A stretch of 64,000 bases of DNA, from contig CAWAMW010000015.1 of NCBI GenBank assembly GCA_963783305.1, forward strand, positions 64,001 through 128,000, written 5' to 3'. Source of the DNA: an uncultured Gemmatimonadales bacterium (GTDB lineage: Bacteria > Gemmatimonadota > Gemmatimonadetes > Longimicrobiales > RSA9). Made by a program: the position numbers and the translations under genes. Position 1 is the stretch's first letter, and each line of letters begins with the position of its first letter. The notes below the pieces were generated by a model. That model did no database searches, was not told the DNA's origin, and saw nothing but the letters and a program-made list of their open reading frames with translations. Below, in pieces: positions 35,195-43,063 of the stretch.

Positions 35195-37198
35195 CTACGA
35201 CGTGGAGTCCGCCAGCTCCAGGACGGTCCCGGCGAGCATCCGGATCTTGTCCGTATCGCCGGCACCCGCGGTCTGGTTCTGCAGCCGGACGGCCAGGCCC
35301 CGCAGGGTGTTCCGGCGCTGGGCCCCGGAGGCGCCCTCGGCGTTGGCGAGGGCCTGACGCGCCTCCTGGATGAGGGCGGCGTCCATCCCCGCGCCTCTCT
35401 GGAGCTGGTCGAGGTAGGCTCGTGCCAGCGCGAAGGAGGCGGGCCAGACGAACTGTGGCTGAGTTTGCGCGTTCAGGTAGTCGAGCTTGGCGGTGTTGGC
35501 GGCGTCGATCTCGTTCTGGGTGACGAGTCCGTTCGGGGTGAGCTCGAGGATGTCGAGCCCGCGTGCGATTTCGGAGCTGACGATCGCGCCGTTGTACCAG
35601 TACACCGACCAGGGTCCGGCACTGGTGAACCGATTCGGATCGAGCGGCCCGCGGTCGAAGAAAGCGATCTCGACGGGGTTGGCGGGATCGGTCCAGTCGA
35701 AGACGGAGATGCCGCCCTGGTACCAGGCCTGGACCATGACATTGCGGCCCGGAATGGGGATGAGAGAGCCGTTGTGGGCGACGCAGTTCTCGAGCTCCGT
35801 CTGGGCCGCCGGGAGCTTGTAGTAGCTCTGGAAGACCATCTCGCCATCCTCGATGGTGAAGATCGCGTTGGCGCCCCATTCGGCGGGGTCCGCGGCGCGG
35901 CACTTCGCGGCGCCGCCCCCGCCCCATTCGTCGGTGAACAGGACCTTGCTGCCGTCATTGCTGAACGTGGCCGAGTGCCAGTACGCGAAGTTGGAGTCGG
36001 CTACGGCGTCGATCCGGACCGGGGCGGTGGGGTTGCTGATGTCCAGCAGCATGCCGTACCCCTCGCACGCGCCACCCGCCAGGCCAATGGCCGGATACAC
36101 CGTAATGTCGTGGCACTGGGTGGGGCCCGTCCGCTCGCGCTCGCCCGAGCCGAACATGGCGGTCATCATCGCCGGAAGCGCTTCCCGGAGGGCGGCGCTG
36201 TCCGCGGCCGTGGGCGTCTCGACGCCTCGCTCGGCGGCGATGCTGTCGATCACGGGGTCCACGAAGCGGGACGGCAGCACCCGCTCGGTTCCGCGGATCT
36301 CCGCGGTGAACGCCCCGGTCCGCTTGGCCTCGGCCAGATCCGCCTCACGGGCGGCGATGTCCGCGGGCGTGTCGCCGTGGCGTGGCGGCGCGTCGAGGTC
36401 CTCGAAGATGCGCGGCGAGGAGACGATGGCCGCGGCCGCCGGGTTCGCCAGCGGTACCTTGATCACCTCGATACGGAACAGGGCCGTGTTCGGGTTCTCA
36501 TCCGTGAGCCCCGACTCGCACCCCGCCAGCTCCTCCTCGGGCCGGATTCCGGCCGATCCGGAGATGTAGACGTACACATTCTCGGGGTCATCGGGGTCCA
36601 CCAGCAGCGAGTGGGTGTGCGAGCCCCGGCAGGTCTGGACGTTGCCGACGTTGACCGGATTGTCGAGGTCGCTGATGTCGAAGATCCGCAGACCCCGCAG
36701 CCGCTCCTCGCTCACCGGATCGGGGACGCCCCCGCCGCCGCAGTCGATCCGGCCGCTGAGCCCTTCACCGGAGACGAACAGCAGGTCGCCGTACACCGAG
36801 ACATCACTCTGCGACGCGGGGCAGAAGTATCCCTGACGCAGGATGGGGTGATCCGGGCGCGAGATATCCCATACCTGGAACCCGTTGTAGTTCCCCTGGA
36901 TGGCGTAATTGCCCGTGAAGGCGAGGTCCGAGTTCGTCACGCCGGCGAACGGCTCCTGTGCCGGTGTGGCCGACACCAGCCGCATGTTCCAGATGGCCTC
37001 ACCGGCGTCCGTGACGCCCGCGCGGAGGCCCACCCGAGGATCCGGATTCGGCGCGGCGGCGGCCGTGATGGGCGTGAGCGTGATGCCGGGCTGTGGCGCG
37101 GGCGCCGGCGCTGCCATCGGACCGGAGGCGCAGGCCGAGACCGAGGCCACGCCGAGGGCGAGGGCAGCGCTACGCAGCGCTGTCGTGATGTGGTTCAT
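35195..37198 (-). CDS. LVIVD-repeat beta-propeller lipoprotein
   Basis: Lipobox VSAC; NSDLAF..NY..QGNY.GF..WDIS.P; GLRIFDISD..NP; GSHTH, CHDITV, YWHSATF, NCVAHNG and QAWYQGG...DWTDPANP.EIAFFD. GAGGA RBS before 37198. Confidence 0.85.
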   Translation of the reverse strand: MNHITTALRSAALALGVASVSACASGPMAAPAPAPQPGITLTPITAAAAPNPDPRVGLRAGVTDAGEAIWNMRLVSATPAQEPFAGVTNSDLAFTGNYAIQGNYNGFQVWDISRPDHPILRQGYFCPASQSDVSVYGDLLFVSGEGLSGRIDCGGGGVPDPVSEERLRGLRIFDISDLDNPVNVGNVQTCRGSHTHSLLVDPDDPENVYVYISGSAGIRPEEELAGCESGLTDENPNTALFRIEVIKVPLANPAAAAIVSSPRIFEDLDAPPRHGDTPADIAAREADLAEAKRTGAFTAEIRGTERVLPSRFVDPVIDSIAAERGVETPTAADSAALREALPAMMTAMFGSGERERTGPTQCHDITVYPAIGLAGGACEGYGMLLDISNPTAPVRIDAVADSNFAYWHSATFSNDGSKVLFTDEWGGGGAAKCRAADPAEWGANAIFTIEDGEMVFQSYYKLPAAQTELENCVAHNGSLIPIPGRNVMVQAWYQGGISVFDWTDPANPVEIAFFDRGPLDPNRFTSAGPWSVYWYNGAIVSSEIARGLDILELTPNGLVTQNEIDAANTAKLDYLNAQTQPQFVWPASFALARAYLDQLQRGAGMDAALIQEARQALANAEGASGAQRRNTLRGLAVRLQNQTAGAGDTDKIRMLAGTVLELADSTS

Positions 37199-37245
37199 TG
37201 GGGCTTCCTCTTTGGAGTTGGAGACAACGGTGCTACGGGGCTGTG

Positions 37246-37941
37246 TCAGGATGTGTTCCCTGGTTCGAATACGAGATCCCGGAGCATGCGCTGCATCCGG
37301 TCGATCTCGCTGTTCTGGTCTGCCGCGATATCGGACGCGAGCTTGTATATGGAATCGCTCTGGCCGGACCCGGGGGTGCCGAACAGCTCCTCCACCATGA
37401 CCAGCGCCCCCTTGTGGTGCTGGATCATGTAGGTGAGGAAGAGCCGGTCCCACTGGGGGCCGCGGGCCGCGTCCAGGCGCTCGAGCTGGGGGGGTGTCAG
37501 CATGCCCGGCATGCGGCTCGCCCCGTGCGCGCCGTTCCCGTGGCCCATATCTCTCCCGGCCATGGGCATCCGACCCGACTCGAGGACCTCCGGCGCCGGC
37601 TGTCCGTGATCGCGGAGCCAGCGCTGCATGAGCTGGATCTCGTCCCGCTGGCTGTTGAGGATCCGGCTGGTGAGCGTCAGGAGCTGCGGACTTGCGTCGT
37701 GTGTGGGCGCCATGTGCGCCATGACCAGCGCCTGCGCGTGGTGGTGGATCATGCCGCGCATGAACTCGACGTCGGCCTCGGTGAAGGAGCGCCGCACACT
37801 GTCCGCGCGCGCCGCCGCGTCGAGTACTTCGGGGGACGGCTGCGGCGCGCTTGCAGCCGCACTGGGCCCGCCCGCCGTGCCGCACGCGGCGACGAGCGTC
37901 AGCAGACCGCCGACCACGAGGGTGGTGGTGAGATTCCGCAT
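37246..37941 (-). CDS. DUF305 ferritin-like four-helix lipoprotein
   Basis: Lipobox VAAC; ADVEFMRGMIHHHAQA..MA, Q..EI..M..WL, MPGML and FL.YMI.HH.GAL.M...Q.SEI.RM motifs. Confidence 0.9.
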   Translation of the reverse strand: MRNLTTTLVVGGLLTLVAACGTAGGPSAAASAPQPSPEVLDAAARADSVRRSFTEADVEFMRGMIHHHAQALVMAHMAPTHDASPQLLTLTSRILNSQRDEIQLMQRWLRDHGQPAPEVLESGRMPMAGRDMGHGNGAHGASRMPGMLTPPQLERLDAARGPQWDRLFLTYMIQHHKGALVMVEELFGTPGSGQSDSIYKLASDIAADQNSEIDRMQRMLRDLVFEPGNTS

Positions 37942-37981
37942 TCGTATGGGGTTCCGGGGATCGAGGGTTGGAAACCTACGA

Positions 37982-37997
37982 TGCAATGAACCGGCCG
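37982..37997 (-). promoter_or_regulatory. Putative sigma54 -24/-12 promoter for DUF305-LVIVD
   Basis: Minus CGGCCGGTTCATTGCA = GG-N10-GC with TTGCA, 40 nt before the ATG at 37941. Confidence 0.6.
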
Positions 37998-38070
37998 CGC
38001 CACCCGCGGGGCTGGTGCTCGTGCGGATCCTCAGCGTAAGCGTCTCTCGCGCCGTGCGGGCGCGATGCGG

Positions 38071-38102
38071 TGAGGCCGGCCTGACGAATCAGACCGGCCT
38101 CA
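38071..38102 (-). terminator. Hairpin downstream of the MCP gene
   Basis: TGAGGCCGGCCTGA-CGAA-TCAGACCGGCCTCA stem with one mismatch. Confidence 0.65.
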
Positions 38103-38143
38103 CCCCTCCACCTCCCCGAGCCGCCGACGGCCCCCTGGACGGA

Positions 38144-40252
38144 CTAGAACCGCCGCAGCACCTCGTCCTCCTCGAACGGGATCAACGCGGCCGGCTCCGA
38201 CGCACCGTGGCCGTTACCCACCGGCCGCACCGACACTTTTGCGCCCCGCTTCCCACCGTTCCCACCGTTCCCACCGTTCCCACCGTTGCCACCGTTCGGC
38301 CGGTGTCGCGCGACGGGTTCACCGCTCGCCAGCCGGAATTGCCCGACGAGGCCCGTCATCCGCTGCGCCTGCCCGCTCAGCTCCTCCGCGGCGCTGGCGC
38401 TCTCTTCCGCGCTGGCCGCCGACCGCTGGGTCACGGCGTTCATCTCCTCGACCGCGTTGTTGATCTGACCGACGCCTTCGGTCTGCTGCTCGCTCGCGGC
38501 GGCGATCTCGGCCATGACTTCCGTCACCCGCGCCACGCCCTTCTGGATCTCGTCCAGCTGCGAAACGACCTCGGCCTGGACCACCACGCCCTCCTCGGAG
38601 CGCTCCACGCTCTGCTCGATGAGCCGCGACGTCTCCTTGGCCGCCTCGGCCGACCGCATGGCCAGGTTCCGGACCTCTTCCGCCACCACCGCGAACCCCT
38701 TCCCCGCCTCACCCGCTCGCGCCGCTTCCACCGCAGCGTTCAGCGCCAGCAGGTTGGTCTGGAACGCGATCTCGTCGATGGTCTTCACGATCCGCGCTGT
38801 GGCGTCGCTCGACTCCTTGATCCGGTTCACCGTGAGCGACAGGCGCTGCATTGCCTCGGCACCCTTCTCCGTGCTGTTCGACGCCGCCTGTGAGAGGCCC
38901 CGCGCCTCGTTGGCGTTGCCGGAGTTCTGGGTGGCCATGGACGCCAACTCCTGCAGCGAGCTCGAGATCTCCTCCAGGCTCGACGCCTGCTCGCTCGCGC
39001 CCTCCGCCAGGTTCTGGCTGCCGCCTGCGATCTCGTCCGACGCGCTCGAGACCTGCTCGCTCGCGGCGGACACCTCGCCCAGCGCCTCCTGGAGGTTGTC
39101 CACGGCCTGGTTCAGCGAACGCTTGATCTTGAGGTAATCACCACGATAGTCGCCCTTCATCCGGGCGGTCAGGTCGCGCTCCGCCAGCGCCTCCAGCGTG
39201 CTCGACGCCTCATCGAGCGGCGTGACCACGGCCTCCAGCAGACCGTTCAGCCCCGCCACCATTTCGCCGTACGCCCCCTCGATACCCGTCCCGTCCGCGC
39301 GCTTCGACAGGTCGCCGTTGCCCGCCGCCTTCACCAGCTCCCGCGCCTCGCCCACCACGCGCTTCAGCACCTGCTGCGCTTCCTCGAACCGACGCGCTGT
39401 GCCCCCCGTGCTCTCGATGATGCCGTCCACCGCCCGCGCCAGCGAGCCGATCTCCTCCGTCAGGTCGAGCTCCAGCGGCTCCGTGCCATAATCGACCCGG
39501 TTCTCCAGGTCGCCCCGCACGATGGCCGCGGCGCCCGCGCCCAGGTTCGTAATGTCCCGCTGCTGGAGCGCCTGCACCCGCTCCACCACGAGCTGGATCC
39601 GCCGGGTCACCCACCCCGAGATGAACAGTGCGATCCCGGCGGCGATCAGTATGCCCAGGACCAGGATCCCGATCATGATGGCGCGGATCCGAAGATAGAG
39701 CGCGGTGTTAGCCTCGGCCATCTGCTTCGCGCCCTCCAGCCGCGCTTCCGCAATGGCGTCTAGCGCCGCCGAGTACACGTCACCAGTACGACCTGCCTCG
39801 CCGAGCATCAGCGCGATCGCCTCCTCCCGGCGCTCCTGGCGCACCAGGTCCGCCACTTCGCGGGCGGGGGCGAGGTACGCCTGGCGCGCCTCCAGCAGGT
39901 CGCCGAACAGCGCCCGATCCCTATCCGTGCTGAGGGTCGCCTCGTACTGGTCCTGGAACGCGGAGGCCCGCTCGGAGAGCGCTGTCAGCTCCTGGGAGTA
40001 GGCCGCCCGCTGAGCCGAATCCTCCGCGAGGGCGAGGTCGCGCAGCACCACGCGGTAGCCCTCCAACGTGACGTTCCACTCACCTACCAGGCCCAGTCGA
40101 ACGGTCTCGTCCTCGTAGAGCGCGGTGTCCGCCGAGCCCAGCGTCCGCAGGCTCCAGATCGTCAACGTCCCCGTGAGGACCAGGAGGCCCGTGACCAGAC
40201 CGAAGCCCGAGAGGAGCTTGGCCCGCAATGACAGATTGTCGAACGACTTCAT
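38144..40252 (-). CDS. Methyl-accepting chemotaxis protein (4HB sensor, multiple HAMP, MA domain)
   Basis: Two TM segments flanking a four-helix sensor; [41 protein letters not shown]-terminal [12 protein letters not shown]. Confidence 0.96.
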   Translation of the reverse strand: MKSFDNLSLRAKLLSGFGLVTGLLVLTGTLTIWSLRTLGSADTALYEDETVRLGLVGEWNVTLEGYRVVLRDLALAEDSAQRAAYSQELTALSERASAFQDQYEATLSTDRDRALFGDLLEARQAYLAPAREVADLVRQERREEAIALMLGEAGRTGDVYSAALDAIAEARLEGAKQMAEANTALYLRIRAIMIGILVLGILIAAGIALFISGWVTRRIQLVVERVQALQQRDITNLGAGAAAIVRGDLENRVDYGTEPLELDLTEEIGSLARAVDGIIESTGGTARRFEEAQQVLKRVVGEARELVKAAGNGDLSKRADGTGIEGAYGEMVAGLNGLLEAVVTPLDEASSTLEALAERDLTARMKGDYRGDYLKIKRSLNQAVDNLQEALGEVSAASEQVSSASDEIAGGSQNLAEGASEQASSLEEISSSLQELASMATQNSGNANEARGLSQAASNSTEKGAEAMQRLSLTVNRIKESSDATARIVKTIDEIAFQTNLLALNAAVEAARAGEAGKGFAVVAEEVRNLAMRSAEAAKETSRLIEQSVERSEEGVVVQAEVVSQLDEIQKGVARVTEVMAEIAAASEQQTEGVGQINNAVEEMNAVTQRSAASAEESASAAEELSGQAQRMTGLVGQFRLASGEPVARHRPNGGNGGNGGNGGNGGKRGAKVSVRPVGNGHGASEPAALIPFEEDEVLRRF
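38250..38294. repeat. In-frame 9-bp tandem repeat encoding (NGG)n in the MCP tail
   Basis: TTCCCACCG x4 plus TTGCCACCG. Confidence 0.85.
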
Positions 40253-40322
40253 GATACTCGTCCCTCCCCGTTCCGATTCGTGCCCCGGAAGCTCCGGGAC
40301 TACGTGCTGGAGTTTCCAGAGA

Positions 40323-40349
40323 GGTTCGGCAGAGGGTCCCGAAGCTTTA
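40323..40349 (-). promoter_or_regulatory. Sigma28 (FliA)-type promoter for the MCP
   Basis: Minus TAAA-N15-GCCGAACC compared with consensus TAAA-N15-GCCGATAA; 70 nt before the MCP start. Confidence 0.75.
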
Positions 40350-40366
40350 ACGTGCGGGGAGCGTGG

Positions 40367-40912
40367 TCAGGGGAGCTGCGCCACGGGCGCCAGGCCGAGG
40401 GTCTGCAGCGCGACGACCACGACGACGAGGACCGCCACCGTGATCCCCACCCTCCCCCAGATCCGACGCCGCGACATCCCGGCGAGTCCTGCCCCGATCA
40501 CCGCGCCCGCGAGCCCCAGCTCCAGTCCCTGCCCCACCCACCAGCCCACCAGGAGGTCCACGGGCGCCGTGGTGATCGACCACAAGCCCAGCAGGAGAGC
40601 GCCCCAGGCCGTCAGTCCGGCCGCCAGCCCCATGCGGAAGCCAGGGAGCGCTCCCCGGATCCCCGTGCAATGGAGCAGCCAGTAGAGGCCGGCGGTCAGG
40701 AGAAGGAACGACAGGTAGCCCGCGGGGATTCGGCGGAAGGCGGTCGCGGGGTCGAGCAGGAAGGGGCTGTTTCGCGTGTAGAACTCCGCCAGCACGCCCG
40801 CGTGAAGGAACAGGTCCACACCCAGCGTCAAGACCCACGCGGCCAGGATCAGCGATCCATCCCTCCGCCGGCCACCCTCCCGCGTCGCCGGTGGAGAGCC
40901 GCGGTCCTCCAT
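40367..40912 (-). CDS. Hypothetical integral membrane protein (about 5 TM)
   Basis: Hydrophobic segments LILAAWVLTLGVDLFLHAGVLA...WWVGQGLELGLAG; GC3-biased codons. Confidence 0.7.
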   Translation of the reverse strand: MEDRGSPPATREGGRRRDGSLILAAWVLTLGVDLFLHAGVLAEFYTRNSPFLLDPATAFRRIPAGYLSFLLLTAGLYWLLHCTGIRGALPGFRMGLAAGLTAWGALLLGLWSITTAPVDLLVGWWVGQGLELGLAGAVIGAGLAGMSRRRIWGRVGITVAVLVVVVVALQTLGLAPVAQLP

Positions 40913-40917
40913 CGCGC

Positions 40918-41200
40918 TCACCGGCGCGCTGGATCGGTCGGGATCCGACCGGTGGTGGAGCTGACCGTGAGGAGCAGCGCGACCAGCGTCGACAGAACGC
41001 TCGCCACCAGCGGGACCCAGCCAGCTCCCGCCGTGCCAGCGATCCAGAGGCTCGTCCAGCGCCAGCAGCACGAACACGGCACTTACCCACCGGGGCAGCC
41101 ACACCAGCGCCTCATCGTAGAGCTCCACGATCCCCCTTTATTCCGGTATCACCAGCGAATAGTACGCCCAGTGATACCACCGCGAACAGGATCGAGCTTT
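40918..41200 (-). pseudogene. Possible degraded membrane-protein gene
   Basis: Hydrophobic peptides in three different frames (SILFAVVSLGVLFA / ELYDEALVWLPRWVSAVFVLLA / WTSLWIAGTAGAGWVPLVASVLSTLVALLLT). Confidence 0.3.
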
Positions 41201-41337
41201 AGCCGTAGACTCCGTCGGGCGAGCGTCGTGGGGTGGGCAGGTGCGACGCGGTCGCCGTGGGCTGACCGCTATCCGGCGAACGCCGGAGCGCCCTCATCAC
41301 CGCGCCCCGGCGTCTTCTCGCGGACCCTCGGGCCTCG

Positions 41338-41898
41338 TTACTTCGGCCTGGGCGAGGTCGGGATCATGACGTGGGCGTAGGGCGTGCCCTTCCACATGAC
41401 GAACGGGCCGCCGTTGTCGGGATCCGTGGGTATCCCCTCGAGCATGGCGGGGTCGGAGAACACCACCATGATGTGCGGCCCACCGGACTGGATCCACTGG
41501 TTGTCGGGGGTGGGCCCCGTGGCGAACGGGTCCGTGTTGCTGACCGGCATGTCGCCCTGGAGCATGTAGCTGAAGCCGGTCCCGGAGAACACCGGGTCGC
41601 GTCGGTTCATGAGCGCGTCCATGACCTCGCGCCAGTTGCTGTCGAGGCACATGGGGGCGTTCCCCGGCATGTCCTGCATGTCGGGCATGCAGACCCAGTC
41701 GCTGGTGCCCTCCCGGAGGATGGTCCCGTCGGCCAGCGCGACGGTGGCGTGCTCCGCCACTTCGGGGGGCGCCGCGCTGAGGGCGCTCTGGATCTGCTCA
41801 TCGGGCGTGCGTGTGTCCTGCGCCTGGGCCTCGGCCGGGGCGCGGCTCACGGCGAAAACCGCCACGAGCGCGAACGTGAGAAGGGTGGAGAGTCGCAT
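41338..41898 (-). CDS. Conserved secreted hypothetical protein rich in Met/Cys/His motifs
   Basis: AAGGAG RBS; signal peptide; ALSAAP, LREG...WVC.PD, PMC.D, SYMLQGD, PHIMV and VMW.GTPYAHVMIP. Confidence 0.8.
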   Translation of the reverse strand: MRLSTLLTFALVAVFAVSRAPAEAQAQDTRTPDEQIQSALSAAPPEVAEHATVALADGTILREGTSDWVCMPDMQDMPGNAPMCLDSNWREVMDALMNRRDPVFSGTGFSYMLQGDMPVSNTDPFATGPTPDNQWIQSGGPHIMVVFSDPAMLEGIPTDPDNGGPFVMWKGTPYAHVMIPTSPRPK

Positions 41899-42068
41899 GG
41901 GGCTCCTTCGCATGGGGGGCTGGCCGGAGTCGTTCCGCCAGTGATCGGCAGGATCGGCCGCCGCCGTCCTCACCGGGATCCGATCCGGAATGCGTCTGGG
42001 GGGATGATTCCGGGGGAATGACCTAGGTACCCCCGGACGGCGGAGAAGTCAATCAGCGCGTACAGCGT

Positions 42069-42107
42069 CCCGGGGACGGCCCGGGGACGGCCCGGGGACG
42101 GCCCGGG
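42069..42107. repeat. 11-bp tandem repeat (3.5 copies) in a divergent intergenic region
   Basis: CCCGGGGACGG x3 plus CCCGGG. Confidence 0.85.
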
Positions 42108-42159
42108 CGTCGGTCCGGCGCGGCGGCCGGAGGGGATGCGAGCCGTCCGCAAGCGCTTC

Positions 42160-42187
42160 TTGACGGCCCCACAGGCGCAGGTACATT
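42160..42187 (+). promoter_or_regulatory. Putative sigma70 promoter for the Bor-like gene
   Basis: TTGACG-N16-TACATT. Confidence 0.55.
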
Positions 42188-42234
42188 GATCCCTGCCCCC
42201 TGCCTCATCCTCCTACATCCGAAGGGCGGTCGCG

Positions 42235-42669
42235 ATGAAGCGTACGAGTGCAGTAGTCCTGTTGCTGTCGGCTGTCGTCCTGACCGGCTGCTACCACGCC
42301 ACGGTAGACACGGGTCTGCGGCCGAGCGGTGAAGTAGTCGAGAAGCTTTGGGCGCATGGCTTCGTGTACGGTCTGGTCCCCCCCTCCGAGATCGACGTCG
42401 CCGCCGAATGCCCGGATGGGGTGGCCCGTGTCGAAACGCAGCTGTCGTTCCTGAATCAGCTCGCCAGTGCGTTGACATTCGGCCTTTACACCCCGATGAC
42501 CATTAGCGTCGCATGCGCTGCGGGACCGGACCGCGCGGCGATGAACGCGGGGAATACCTTCAATGTGATCGGCTCGCGACCCAGCCCCGAGACCATCGAC
42601 CGGGCGATCCGCCTGGCCATCGAGACGCGTCAGAACACGTACCTCAATTTCGTGGACGCCACGGAATAG
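42235..42669 (+). CDS. Bor/Iss-like lipoprotein with C-terminal extension
   Basis: Lipobox LTGC; W.HGFVYGL......ID.A..C..GVA.VETQ.SFLN.L...LT.GLYTP..I.V.C matches the Bor pattern. Confidence 0.8.
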   Translation: MKRTSAVVLLLSAVVLTGCYHATVDTGLRPSGEVVEKLWAHGFVYGLVPPSEIDVAAECPDGVARVETQLSFLNQLASALTFGLYTPMTISVACAAGPDRAAMNAGNTFNVIGSRPSPETIDRAIRLAIETRQNTYLNFVDATE

Positions 42670-42693
42670 CAGCGCGGCGGCGGTTGCTCGAAA

Positions 42694-42726
42694 GTGACCC
42701 GTCCCCCTCCTTGCGGGGCGGGTCAC
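42694..42726. terminator. Hairpin after the Bor-like gene
   Basis: GTGACCCGTCCC...GGGGCGGGTCAC. Confidence 0.6.
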
Positions 42727-42986
42727 CTTCGTTGGCTGCGAGCCCGGACGAAGTCGTCTGAAGCGGCGCCGGCCCACCAGGTCCAAACACTGCTCCGTTT
42801 CCTGGAAGCGGCGGTCGTTTTCCGCCTTTGCTCTCCACAGGACCGCGATGCCCGCAGCGAGCTCTTCGAACACGATCCCCCCGATGTCCATCCGCTGAAC
42901 CGGAGCCGCGCCTCCCGGTTCGATCCGCCGCCGGGCTGCCGGAACGACGAACGCCGGGGCGGCCTCGTCACCGCGCCCGGCGTCGT

Positions 42987-43063
42987 CAGATCTTAGATCC
43001 TAGATCTTAGGTCTTAGCTCTCAGATCTCCGATCCCAGATCCCAGTTCTCGGATCCCAGCTCA
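42987..43063. repeat. Degenerate heptamer tandem array (11 units, consensus YAGATCY)
   Basis: CAGATCT TAGATCC TAGATCT TAGGTCT TAGCTCT CAGATCT CCGATCC CAGATCC CAGTTCT CGGATCC CAGCTCA. Confidence 0.85.

Noticed and set aside
35195..37885. 896-aa ORF as a DUF305-LVIVD fusion
   Set aside because: The first 229 codons are an off-frame overlap of the DUF305 gene. The real start is 37198, with its own RBS and lipoprotein signal.
42235..42669. Prophage remnant around the Bor-like gene
   Set aside because: There is no integrase, lysis or structural phage gene and no att-like repeat nearby.
42987..43063. CRISPR array
   Set aside because: The units are 7 bp with no spacers, and there are no cas genes. 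No repeat-spacer array was seen anywhere in the window.
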